From Amphiscolops sp. MND2022 (taxonomy: Eukaryota): DNA of 64,000 nucleotides. A model generated the notes under the pieces. That model was not told the DNA's origin. It searched no databases and worked only from the letters and a program-made list of their open reading frames with translations. Location: NCBI GenBank assembly GCA_964187785.1, contig OZ076409.1, forward strand, positions 77,502,001 to 77,566,000, given 5' to 3'. The translations under genes were made by a program, and so were the position numbers. Below, one piece after another: positions 24,527 through 37,377 of this stretch (position 1 is its first letter; each line of letters begins with the position of its first letter).

Positions 24527-27219
24527 TACAATCGTGGAAAAATTTTGCAGGGTTTTTTATTTTCACAATCCCCTCGATGCTTGACTTTGAGATTTCTCCC
24601 AGTGAATACGGTTATAGGACTTGAAGTATGATGCGTTTCGAGTACAACTGCTTGTCTCGCCTACGTTTTATTATCTAGGAATGACTGCGAAACTCAAATC
24701 AAAGTAACTGTGGGCTGCTAATTTCATTAACTTCAAAGTCTAAATCATCAGTAGAGTTCAAAATCATTTTACATAATCAATTGCTATTCAAGTAATACTC
24801 AAGAATAATCAGCTTAATTATAATGAGATAACTAACAGGGCACAAACATAATTAGTCTAGAAAATATCAAATGTAACATGAAATTGTACAATTTACGAGA
24901 TCAGAACACTAATCGGCGTTCAATATCTTCATGCCAATTAATGTTCTAGAAGCTGGTCTAGTAAACAGTAAAAGTATGTAGTTACACTTGATATGTTCCA
25001 GACTAATTAGATTCCAGAGTTATCTGCAGATTTGCACTTCAAAGTATCAACTCAATATTTATACTTCAAGACTGGCCAGTTTTGTTGGCCTTATCAGTAA
25101 AATTTCGAAGGTGGAATTGCAAATAGGACCCTGATCGAATATTTTCTTTCGTGCTTTCGCCACCTTTCAGCGAATTGTCCATTTCAAAATAGATTGCGTT
25201 TCAAAAATATTTGCGTTTCAAAATAAATTGCGTTTCAAAAAATATGGAAAAATCTATGAATAATATGAAATCCTTGAAGAATCATGGTTGATCACAGCTT
25301 TTTGGGCCAGTTTTTCTTTCATAAGTCATGCGTCATCAAGCCACGAACTTCCATGAGACAGACAAAAATTTATGCATCTAAAGACAGAAACCTATATCAG
25401 AGACTTTTTTAAATGTTTGAAAACACTAGTTTTGTGGAGATATCTGCACGCTGTTTAAAAGAAACTCCAATATCAACCAGAAATTTCGACAAAAGCAAGT
25501 TTGGGCTCCTCATGTTATGTTCAATAGGTTATCAAAACGATGAAAAATTCCACGAGCGATAAATTCAATGCGGAATAAGAATTTTATATCTCCATTATAC
25601 AAAAAAAATACCAGCATCAAAACTCTCGACTTTCCATTGGAATAAAATTAGTATCATTTGAGAACACTAAAATCTAAAATCATTTGAGAACACTTGAAAT
25701 CTAAAGTTGTATTTACTAACTAACGCCGCAGTTTATGCTTAGGATAGCCAATTTTTAAATGAGTAACAAGCTGAACCAGCAGAAATAGTGGTCTCGGTCA
25801 GGTTGTTTATAGTCCACACTATGTAAGGACCCAATCAAGCTTGCATTTTTTATGATCTTGCTATGAAATGTCGAAATTGTGATTGGCAGAAAACTATTCT
25901 TTCAATGTCTACCATAACAATCAGCATCTATAAGCAAAATAACAAAACCTCGCTGCCCATCTTTGTTCAAATAGCTTCAACCTCTACATGTTTTTGAAAG
26001 TTGGCAATTTGGACATTCGCTATGACTGTCTATCACTCATTCTAAAGTTTTCATGCGAAATTATTTCCCTGATGTAATCAAATTTCACTTGGCTGCTTGA
26101 CACTTTCATCCAGAAATTGGCGGCAATTTCGAACCGTGAATGTTTGCAGGTTTCAAAAGGAATCAGCTCTATTTTTATGTGCAGCTAATTTTCTTTTCAA
26201 AATGCACCGCCATTTAAAAGCAAACTCTCATCAGTCACGTTAACAAGTCAGGAACGGCATAAGTCGGCGCTATATCTAAGGCTCAAAAACAGCAGAAAGA
26301 CATAAAAGTGTCAAAAAACCCAACGTATCAAACTCACAAAAAGAGTATCAAACTCACGAAAAACCCAATGAACCGGATAATCTGCCAATCAAAACTCCGA
26401 CAACTAAATACCAGCCACATCAAATGATATTTATGTTTTCCTATTAGAGTTAATATTTGCAAACAAAACTTTTGTGTTTCATATTACTGTATCATCATTT
26501 GATATATACGTTGAGCTATAATAAAGACTAACTGGCAGTACATTTTAGAAAAAGATATTTCTTATCGTAACAATCGTTTGATTCATTATTATCGAGAAAA
26601 AAACAGTTACAACTTTGAAAATTGGAAATTTTTCATAGCAGCAGTTCTAAACAAAAACAGATATCTAGTTTTCATGATCATTCAAACTTCTGATACGACA
26701 AAATGCCGATATCTCAAGGTTTGTTTTATAAGTTTGGATTTTGTAGGAATCGTTTTAACAAAAACAAAAAATTTTGACAGGCTCATTTTTAATCAGCGCT
26801 TCTATAGAAAACCCAGAAATTCGTAATGACTTTTCTTTTTCAAAAATATACCAGCGAGCAGACTACTTTTATAATTATATCAGTTAAACAAGAGTCATGT
26901 GGTGTTTTTAGTTAGGAAAAAACTGTTTTCAAGTATGAGAAGTGCTGCTTCGGATATTTTTGGAACGATGAGGTTGACAAAATGTCGCAGGCTGCCGCCT
27001 GTGACTGTACTAAAATCACGATTTCGGCGGTCGGACAAGAAGTTGCCCCGGGTACCCTACCAATATTTTAAAGCTAAACTTAACTGGGATATAGACAAAA
27101 TTGATTTTCCGTTTGTTTTAATAATCCATAGTACAATTCTCTAGAATCATTGAACTGTTCACACTTCGCAAAATACAAGTATCCGATTTAAATTTATTTA
27201 TTTCAAATCGACTATTTTC

Positions 27220-27780
27220 AATGCCTGTCACTACAAAACAGAAAAGTAAGGCAAGAAGATCAAGAGAATCTGATATGATCTCAATCAGGAAAATTGATGT
27301 AATGATAGGAAGTGGTCATTCTGAGAGAGAAGACAGTGAGTTTGGAAACTCGGTCAGGAGGCCTGAAAGACCCAGTTACGATGCCTTGATCTGACACAAT
27401 TGTAACTCGCATGCAAACTCAAGAGAAGATCAGGAGTTGCCGGAAACAGCCAAAATACCACTGACGCAGACTCAGGTAGTGAGCCTAAAAGGTTATCCAG
27501 GGAATTGAACCAAAAGATTAGACGGGATATGAATCGTCTTATGAATAGTGTTAGCCTGTAAACTCAACGAGCAATAATTGAGGCTATAAATGAACAAGTC
27601 TTGCCTCAGCTCCAAGCCTCACTTAAGGCCGTAAACGGACAGCAATCTCAGTGGATGGAACCTACCGGATGAAAGACTGAAAGGTAGGTCCGAAGATACT
27701 TTTCGCAGGAAAGTTAGAAGTAGTCCAAGAGATGAGCTCCTCAGAAATCTGAATCGAGGATACTCTTTACACGAGAATAA
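27220..27780 (+). mobile_element. Decayed gag-like fragment of an LTR retrotransposon
   Basis: Broken coiled-coil-like frame (KSKARRSRESDMIS...RAIIEAINEQVLPQLQASLK) resembling the 32656-33054 ORF (IEDVISEQALPTIRE). The gag assignment is inference. Confidence 0.4.
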
Positions 27781-29805
27781 TCATGAAAATTTCCTTTTGC
27801 ATTTTAATAAAACTTTGCTTTTTGTCAGCCATAAGGTAGGCTCTGACATACAAACTTCTCATTTTGTTTTTAGTTACTTGAAATATCTAATTATATTTTT
27901 CTCATTTCAACATACACTCGTAAAGTAACTCGAAACAAAGCCGAAATAAACGTTCGCTATCTTTTAGCTCCGTTGATCAATTAAAAATGAATAAACTGAA
28001 AAAAAAAACGTTTGCAGTAATTTTGCATCTTGGCTAAAATGTTGTAGAAAAAGTGTTTTTTTTTCACATTGGAAAATGTCTTCTAACAGAAAAAGCATTT
28101 TACTTTTAAAGCCAGCCACTTTTTTCTCACAAAAAAGGACAAATGAAGCAAGACGTGATTGTTTCAAGGCTCAAAAAGCACAAAGTTTCTAAGATGTGCT
28201 CAAGGCATTTTGAGCAAAACGTATGCTTCAGAACGTGAGCGTATAAAGTCTCTAGACAATGGACCATTCAGTGTGAGGTCTGCGGTTTCAAAAAACTTGC
28301 ATTCGTATGAGTCGGGCACTTATTGTTAAAGAAATACAAAAACAGCCAAGTAACAAAACTTTGAATTGGACAAAAATGAATACAATTATGAAAATGATAA
28401 AATATAAGTTAAAACGTAGCTACAAAGTCGGGAGTGGCATGAGTTGGTGTCCCGTTAAGTGCATCAAATTTCTCAGAAAGCTTTTCTCATCAACTTTTTA
28501 TTCGGCGCTTTATCGTAAAAAACAAGCGCTACTCGCCGGGTTTCCATTTTTTTTGTCAATCCAAACAAACTTGTCAAAAAAGTTTCACCGAAGTTCTACA
28601 AAAGCATGAAATCTTGAAATGTACCATTTGACCTAGCACGCTAGATGCGAAATTTTGACGTTATTTCCAAAAATTACGCTTTACTAAGAAAAAAGTAGAG
28701 GTTCGAAAATGATCGTCATGATGAACTTTATTCAAATGTTTAGCGTTATATCCGAAGTAATTTTTTTCGGTACTGTAAAATTTAGAATTGATTAAACAAA
28801 GGATCCTTGAGGCTTTGAAATAAATTTTTCAGCCTTAGCCGGAACGCCGTTTTTTGTCGCTCCCGACGTTTTTTCAACCCCGTTGAAATGACCATTTTCA
28901 TGCCGAATGACAAAATCCAAAATTCTACAAAATGTTCACAAATTGTCAAATTGGTCAAGTTTTTTTCCGGAACCCAATAGATCATTTTGGTAAACATGCG
29001 ACACTTATTTGAAAAAAATTCATTTTTCCAAAAGGCTTCCTCTTGCTTTTTTGGACACATTTGTATAGGAAAAACCGTTGTTAAGCTTGAGGGTATCCCA
29101 GGTTAGAGTGTTTTTGGAACGGTTCAATTTTTGTGGGAAACGTTTCCATTTGACAAGGGATCTCATTTTGGTTCTCTGATGTTTCTAGTGATGAAACTGG
29201 GGAACATGTTAATTTTTTGAATTTCGGGTGTAAAAAAGCCCTTTTGAGCCCATAAGTTTTTTGTACCAATGGGACTTGCGCTTTTTACACTTGTTGAGCC
29301 TTTAGCGGGGCTCTGATTTATGCAATTCCTAGCTTGTTGAACTCAATTTCAGTTCCAAACAAAAGTTCAAAGGGAGGACCCGTTGGGCTTTAATGTCCTT
29401 TTTTCCATTTAGATCTGTGAAAAAAACACAAAATGAAAACACTTTTGTAGAATGAAAACAGTTTTTTTTGAAAAAAAAATCAGACGGTGCCAAACCAGCG
29501 AAAGATGGAACCCTTTGTCTCTTGCTTAGAGTTGAGTGTCTCAGCAAGCTTTAAAATCTAAATGGTACAGTCGATGTGAGTTCGATGATACACTCAGAGA
29601 ACCTAAACAAATAGAAACTACTACTTTTGGAAGTAGCTTGACTTTTAACCAATGGAATATATGGAATCATTTTATGTTCCATATATTGAACCAGATGGGT
29701 CAGAGTCGGAAAAAAGTTAGGACCAGGCTAAATTCAGTACTAGAAGATGAAGAGCATGCAATATTTAAATGTGATAGAAATCATTGATATTTAATGACTC
29801 CATTT

Positions 29806-30398
29806 TCAGGCTCCATTTTTATACTCTTTCTGATAGTTGTGCAAAAGGGTTGTTCGAATTCTTCGACACCCCAGAATGAACTGCTTTGAGAGCATAGGCG
29901 ATATCAGACCACATGCATTTCTTCTTCCCGGAATGGCGCAACTTTTTTTAGACTTGTTTGGGTAGAATGTCCCACATTTGTTGCTCTGTTTTTTCTTTCT
30001 GCAAACTATTCCAAAGCACTTGCAAAAACAACAGCGTAAATTGCGCCGCATTATTCGGCGGTATAAGTTTTTCAGTTCAATCTGAACGATGATGCAATCT
30101 GCGTTTTCGTCTATGGTACGAACATCTCCGATTGTTAAACCAATCAATAGATTCATGAGAACCAGTGTTGCTAATGTTGTAGTGAGGAGCCAATGAATGG
30201 CGTATGAAGCGACAATTTCCGAGTTGGGGTCGCGAAGGTTGGCGTAGTTTTGTGTCAGATGACTAGTATCAATGTAACCATACATCACACTCAGCACTCG
30301 CAGAATACTCTTGAAAAAATGCAAGAGTTCGATTTTGCCCATTTTTCCTTGTAGTGGAGCCAGCGTTTGACACTCGTGTTTATATGAAGAACTGTTGT
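29806..30398 (-). CDS. TRPA-like ion channel, copy B, coding exon 4 (pore, S6, TRP-like helix, C-tail)
   Basis: Acceptor ctaattgtttttttttcag|AC. S6 motif LMNLLIGLTIGD, then ENAD..IVQIEL and FYPN; stop at 29806. The four exons total 1725 nt = 574 aa plus stop. Confidence 0.9.
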
Positions 30399-30821
30399 CT
30401 GAAAAAAAAACAATTAGCAGTTTTGTCGCTTGAGGTCAGCTTGAAAATTAGAAATATTGCCCAACGATCTTCTCGAAAACCCGGTCTGAGACCTCTTTTA
30501 ACTCTCATGGGCTGAGGTCAATGCAAAACCAATACACGACCATGCATGGCCCGTCACTTCTTCAGGGCAATGCATGTAAACTACTTCAACTAAATGGTTC
30601 AATCGCTTCAAAAAAGCTCTTCAACACTATTTAGAATATGAGTCTTGAACAAACTAATGCTTGGAAACATTTCTGTACTTGCGCCATGAAAGGTTTGTAA
30701 TACTATCAAATGTGCCATGGCGTTTTCTTGGGCTGATAGATATATTATTTCACTTTTCTTGAACCAATGGGAATAACTGTTCGTATAAACTGTGTAAATT
30801 TTTTGCTTCGTAAAAACTAAC

Positions 30822-31363
30822 CCATTTGTTTGTTGATAAACTGAGCATCAATTAATTCTTCGTGACGAAGGGTAAACTCAGTTGCAGCAAGCGCCAAAAT
30901 CAGAAGTAAAATTGGTAAAATGCTTTTGAGAAGTGTTTTGAGAATTCCTGAAGACAACAGAATGTATTTTCCGCAAAACATATTGTTGGAAAGAGAATCC
31001 AACAAATTCGTCAGAAGAATTAGAGTGAAAATAGTTGTGAAAATACTGTTTGTTGTCTCAGATGCCAAGAAACAGAACGGTACGCAGAGAAACACTAGTA
31101 GCTGCAATGAAAACTCTTTCCAATGATTTTTGTGTAGAAAAAGAATCTTCGGAATTTCCGAAGCAGTATGGAGCAGAAAAATCAGAAAAAATACCAAAAG
31201 GCACATCGAAGATGTTAAATAAAAGAGGGGAAACCATGATTCATCATAATCATGGAATATTTCCATGCATATTGCGTCCATTTTGTATGAGAATGACTGT
31301 GTCACAGTTGACATCAATCCTCCAACTAGTAGAAGAAGTTTCAAAAACGCCATTTTCCAATCG
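30822..31363 (-). CDS. TRPA-like ion channel, copy B, coding exon 3 (S1-S5)
   Basis: Acceptor tttcag|C and donor G|gttagt; 542 nt, phase-compatible with both neighbours. Hydrophobic helices; FCGKYILL...ILKTLLK resembles the TRPA1 S4-S5 linker. Confidence 0.88.
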
Positions 31364-31727
31364 CTGAAACAACAAACGCGAAAGTAATGACCCACACAAA
31401 AAGAATTATTTCCTGGAATTGCGTAACTAAGATTTTATAATTAACAACAACAATTCCGTAAATGTTGCTGGCTTACAATTTAACCACTTACATGTTTAAG
31501 CTGAAAATATGTCAGATGAACAAACTATGAGTACGACGCAAAGAGAAAGATTTTGAAAAACAATGATGCTGAAAACTTTCGAAGTATCATTTTTCGAAGT
31601 ATAATCATTTTATCTTCAAAAAAGCAAGTCTATGCAATGGTATCATCAACTAGCAAGCTGACGCATATATGAAGCAGGTATGTTCACCGCCCTAGTCGAG
31701 ATTCTTTGAACTTTTTACATGTTGCAT

Positions 31728-31860
31728 TGTAACGAGAAGCGCTAAGGGTTTAGCCGGAACAAGAGGTGAAGAAACCAATACCATGGATATATATCCGGGA
31801 CTAACCACCATGGCATTAGCCCATTTTGCCTCCAGAGGGTTGCCGGTCCCGAGGAGGGAT
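31728..31860. repeat. Dispersed repeat starting TGTAACGA (second copy at 49442-49540)
   Basis: tgtaacga.aagcgct.ag.gtttag.cggaacaagagg...aaccaataccatggatat..atccgggac shared by both loci; agggttgccggtcccgagga also recurs at ~50891. Confidence 0.6.
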
Positions 31861-32655
31861 ATCACAAGCTGCCGCCTGCAATGGGAACTACTACGAGATT
31901 CCAGCCCATGGTGAATGCACAAATCCGCCGCCGGGAATGCTGCCAATATAATGATATGGACCTAACAACTACCCGGCCACAGCAAGTTACTCAAAGTATA
32001 ATTTAATAATTATTATCTAATGTTATTTTTACCGTTAAATATGTTTTCTGCGCGTATTCACTTGCGCTTAAATGTGCGAATATAGAGAAATACAATCCAA
32101 ATAGCTTGTAAATTTGTTGTTTGACTAGTATAATCAATTTTTAGTAACCTGCAATCGAATCGAAAACGCGTTCAAAGGTTACCGTGCTTAGGCCATGTTG
32201 TGAGGCCAGACGCGTTGTCCAAAATTACATTAGCCAATCAGAATTGAATATGATTACTTGTGCTATAGCTCCACGGAAGTTACGTCCATTGCCTTGTTTA
32301 TTTAATGAAGACGTCACAAATGAAAGTTGATGCATTATAATACTGATACTTTTTGTTAATTGGTCTATATAAGTCCACCCAATTTCACCATTACCCAAGT
32401 GACGCAACAAGATGTCACTTTTCCTCCCGATCCATCAGGAGCTATAAATAGAATGATAACGTCACAGGTCACTCTAGGGTGCTACTTTTTATAATACCGT
32501 GACCCGCAGATTTGTGAAAGGCATATAGATGAGACTGTTAAGCCGACCCACCTTGAGTGGGGGATCATTTTTTTCAATACAGTCGACCTATATAACTTAC
32601 AGCAAACAGAAATGTTTCAATGTTGTTCTAATGTTATACTGAAATTTGTTTTGTT

Positions 32656-33110
32656 TTGTCTTGTTGGAACCGAAGATCTAACGAGCGACAGACTAATACT
32701 AACCCAAGTGCAAAAGATTTTAGGACTTTACTTGATACCAACAGTGCAGGAAGCAATGAAATTACTTCAGGAACGGTCAGGATGATAAATAGTGAAATGA
32801 CCAGTCAAGTTTCCGGCAGAATGAATGAGATTAAAGTGGGTTTACACTTGCATACTAGAGAGACAATTGAAGACGTCATCTCCGAACAGGCACTTCCGAC
32901 TATCAGAGAAACTTCAGGTGAAGTTGTCAGCGGTGCAAGAACCAATAACCACTTAATTTCTAGTGCGCGACATAGGAGCCCCGAAGTTAATTATCCTAAA
33001 AGGATTTGGGGAAACATACCCAAAGTGAACAGAGACGTTAGTTATCAGAACTGACACACAAAAGAGAACTCATTTCAGCCTCACACTAGTGATGATGATT
33101 ACGACAAAGG
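32656..33110 (+). mobile_element. Gag-like ORF fragment of an LTR retrotransposon
   Basis: 132-aa helical ORF similar to the 27220-27780 fragment; lies inside an intron with no splice context. Confidence 0.4.
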
Positions 33111-34499
33111 GGAACCGTCTTAAAGGATGCTCTCCGGTGTGTGTCCAGTCGATAAGTGCTGAGAATAACGGGCTTCCGTCTCGAAACTTCGTTTGGACAT
33201 AATTTGAAAACAATGCCAAGAATAATCAGTGTAAATTTCCATCTCCAGGGTGATATCAGAATAGTATCTAAAATTGCCAAAACTAGCTCTCGATCTAGCA
33301 TAAACAGCTAAAACCAGTGAAAAGACATAAAAGCACGAATGGATTTAGCCGACCACACAGCTAAAAGTTGTGGCACAGGGGCTTGTCAATGTTGGTTGAT
33401 TTTGATGTACCACTGGGTGCATCTTATAGGCAGCTCAATAAAACTAATTCCAGTCATAGAAATGTAAATGCCCCGAAGATTCCTTAAGCATTATATGAAA
33501 TCATGAAACGCTTGGTAACCCATAAAAACTTTAAATTGGTTAAGAAAATGTTCAAGCAGTTTCAACCGGGGTAATGGTATTTTAGCACCGTCTGAAAACC
33601 TCCTGAATCGACGTGACTAGAGCGACAGAAAAACAGAAATAAACCGGAACTGGAAGAAGTCGGCGCCACGCTCAAGGTTGAAAAAAGCAAAGTCTCTGAA
33701 ATATTCAAAGGACATTTTTTTGTGAAATTTTTCAATTATCACACAGTGCCAGAAAATACCCGACGGGAGTATCTTCGAGAATCAAAAACAGCTTCTGAAC
33801 TTGAAACAAAAAGTCTTCAGAAGTTTTTTTCCAAAATGTCACAGGGCTGAAAAAATTGAAAGCAGACCCTAAAGGCTCTCTGGACGTTTTTTCGTTGATT
33901 CTACATCTTCAAAAAAACCATTGATGAAATTTAAAAGAAATCGAAAAAAACTGCACAGCGCGCTAATTAAAACCAAATGGGCACCCCTTATTCTCGTTTA
34001 CCTTTGTGAAAATAAAAAAATAATGCATCCTGGAATTCGAACCCACGACCCTTGCTTAAACCTCATACACGCATCCACTATGCCGAGTGATCGTACGTGA
34101 GCAACTTAATTTTCGCACTCTATCTATTGTCTCGAAACCAAATTCCTCCCAGTGTACAAAATCTTGGATTTCCTACCAAGGTCTTGGATTTTCCTACAAA
34201 ATCCTGCTACCCCTTGAATTTATTGATAAGATCTTGGAAAGTCTTAATTCTTCCAAAAAAGCTTGAAATTCTTGACAAGAATCTTGCCAAGATTCTTATC
34301 ATCAAGAAATCCGGGAGATGAAAATTTCTACTTTTTCAAAATTCAGTGCGATTTCACAAATTGTTGAATTAGGCCTGTTTACAGTAACTTTAATCCATGT
34401 TATGGAAAAATCTTCAAAATTTTCTCTGTAAAACCCTTTTCTGGGTAAATTTACGGCCAATTCCAGAGACCAATTGTCTGCAATTACCAATTCTGCAAA

Positions 34500-35250
34500 A
34501 TTGCAACCTTATACGATCAATTTTGGGTCCGGAGCATGTAATTTTTAGATCCATCACACATACCAATTGGATCTTATTTCCAATCCTTTTATAACATTAT
34601 TTTGCTCAGAGCAAGTAATCAGAGCAAAACTCAATAATTTTCCAACTGCATCTGCATTTTTTGGATCTTTCATGGTCATTTTTGGGTCTGAAACATGATT
34701 ATTTTACATTCTTGATACATGATAATTAGATCTTGTTTTCAATCCTTCTAGATTGTTATTTTGCCCAATTACATGTGACTTTGCAATTATGAGAGCAGAA
34801 TTCGATGATTTCCTTACTTCTGCTTTTTTGGATCTTTCATGATCTGTTTTGGGTCTGAAACTTGTATTTTTCAGATACATACCACTTGCATCTTGTTTTC
34901 AAACCTTTGGATCATAATTTGGCTTTATTAAGATCTGAGTTTGCAACTGTGAGAGCAGAACCCAATGATTTGCTAACTTCAGCTGCATTCATGGATCATT
35001 CATGATCAATTTGTGGTCAGAAACCTGTAATTCTAAGATCTTATGTTTTAATTGGATATTGTTTTTAATCCTTTCGATCATAACTTTGGTTGAATGATAT
35101 CTGAAGTTGATGTCGTGAGAGCAAAATCCAATGGTTTTCCAACTTCAGCTGCGTTTCAGATCTTTCATGATAATTTTTCGGTCTGAAACATGTTTTTTTA
35201 GATCCTTCATAACACCAATCGGGTCTTGTTTTCAATCCTTTTAGATCATC
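34500..35250. repeat. ~165 bp tandem repeat array
   Basis: tttgggtctgaaac-like anchors at ~34522, 34681, 34848, 35011 and 35178. Confidence 0.8.
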
Positions 35251-35561
35251 ATTCACACATCTCTGTTGAACGTTGCGAGGAATAAGCATTTTGCCATAAT
35301 ATCGATATCAATTAACATTCTCACTGAATGGTTCACTTTTCGTACGATCGTCGCCAATTTCAGTGGGTGAGAAAAATGGGTTGCCTTAATGACCCGGGTA
35401 CGACTAAGGGGGCTTTTCCGCACCGCGTTTCCTGGAGTCGCTAGATAGGTTAAAAATTTTTGGTGATTGGGATTTCAAATTTTGGAAATTGGGATTTCGG
35501 GTCAACCTTGATTTTATTTTTCAGATTTATCCGCGTTAACCAGCCATCCCGAGTCCACAGT

Positions 35562-35785
35562 TTTATTTTTCCGCCCACATATAATGCGGGAGGAAAATCA
35601 TAATCTGTGTTGCTTTTCTTACGAATTCCGCCAAATCTCCACTTTGTTACATTTAGTAATTTCTAGTCCCATGGCACAGTTGGTAGTGCGTGTGCCTGGC
35701 AGATACGAGGTCGTGGGTGCGGGCCCGTGCTGTTGCATTCCATTTTCAGCGGAAAACATACCGGTGCTTAGCGGGCGTCTTGTTT
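35562..35785 (-). mobile_element. Short Helentron/DINE-like element with tRNA-like core (copies at 54911-55248 and 60598-60829)
   Basis: Shared ends acaagacgcccgctaagcaccgg ... tgtgggcggaaaa; internal TGGCACAGTTGG A-box-like motif on the + strand. Confidence 0.6.
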
Positions 35786-35985
35786 TTAATGCTTCCTTGA
35801 TCCGAAAGCCCGTTTCAGCTTTAGTTGATTGTCGAATTTGATTTGTGTTAGTAAATCAAATGAATCTTGTATTGAGAGTCGATGCATTCAGGGTTTGATT
35901 CTGTTTAGCTTTATTTCTTTCACGATGTTTTTGTTTCTTTGATAAGGCAGTTTGATCTATTTGAAATTCAAATATTGCCCTAGAA

Positions 35986-36310
35986 TGCCATTTGAAACAT
36001 GAAACCAGAGTCGATGCTTTTGAAGTTGAAATACTTTGGAGCTGGTACTTGGTTGAATATTTCAAGTTAGCTTTTCCTCATGCTTTCGCCACTGCAGATC
36101 GGTTTTGCGAAGATTCTGTTGAAAGATATATGTTTGATTTGAAAACTTTTTCCACTGTGTGAAAAGGACACCTGACACCCAATGGAAAAGTTGCCCGAGT
36201 CTAGAGTAATGGGCTATGATCTAGTACCTATTCAGAGCCGTACTTCAAAAAATGGATACCTCAAACCAGAGTGTTAGCTTTTGAGTTTCAATTTGTTTGG
36301 AGCTGGTTTT
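35986..36310. repeat. ~330 bp direct repeat, second copy at ~38822-39150
   Basis: gccatttgaaaca.gaaaccagagtcga...catgctttcgc.actgc.gatcggttttgc.aagattctgt in both copies. Confidence 0.75.
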
Positions 36311-37377
36311 CTGGTTTGATGTTTCAATTTTTTGATGTATATACTTCTGAAAAGGTACTAGATCATAGAGCTTTACTATAGACCCGAGTCGTTTTTCCGT
36401 TGGGTCTGATGTGTCCTTTTCAGCAATAGATTGATGAATACCAATTTTATTCGCTTCCCTTCAATTAGAATCAGATATGCGCGAATGTTGTATGCTGGTG
36501 GATGTTTCAGATTCCTTCTTATAGAAAATAATTTCAAAAAATGTAGACGAGTGCCTGGAATTTTTTAGCCGCTCTCCCAGTACAATGTTTTTAATCTTGT
36601 TCCAAGAAGACAGTACCTACGAAGTGATAAAATTAGACAGTACTATGTGGCCCAAGGATTTCTCGGTGATAGAAAACTATCTTTATGTCGCGGAGATTTT
36701 CTGGATCTTTGCGATCTTTACTGGGAGGGCCGGAAATTCAGTGGCCTGGTTGTTAAAAATGTGATGACCTGTTGCACTTAGAAGCCAAATTGTGGGAGTT
36801 GGAAAAAATCAGCTTTCGCCGCTCCGAAGATCAAAGACCTTCCGATTCCCTAATGCAATCAGTTGTGAATGTCAGTGTGATGTCACTCTGATGCCAGCGA
36901 TGAAAGGGCAATTGCGTGTTTTGTTTATGGTAAGTTTTTTGTCGGTTGTTACGCTTGCATTTTTGTCCTGCGTTTCTTTCTAGTGTCTGATTCTTCCAAC
37001 AGCACCAATGCACAGAAAAACAGGCAAGTGATGTTCAATTAGAAACGTTCGAGGTTTTGAAAAGAATTTGCACCTCCCTAGATAAAACCAGGAATGAGCA
37101 ACGTAGACAGCGACTATTTTTTGAGAAGTTTTCTTCAACTTTACCCTAACTCAACATACCATTCACCCCACAAACAAGGTTGGCAACAAGAATGTTTCAT
37201 CAAAAAGGGAGCCCTTTATCACAGCGCTGGTTCCTATGCAACATCAAATTTTCAAGAGTTTTTTAATCGGTTTTGAATGTGTTTTTGCATCAATTTTTGA
37301 TTAAGTCTCTAATGAGTTTCGACATCACAAGTGAAAATAGCGAAGGTTGGAGAAACTTTACAAAGTGAAACAATTGA

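Noticed and set aside
34020..34095. tRNA gene (GGTTCGAATTCC B-box on the minus strand); similar motifs at 35670-35730 and 55060-55120
   Set aside because: No complete cloverleaf could be built, and the motifs are embedded in interspersed repeats.
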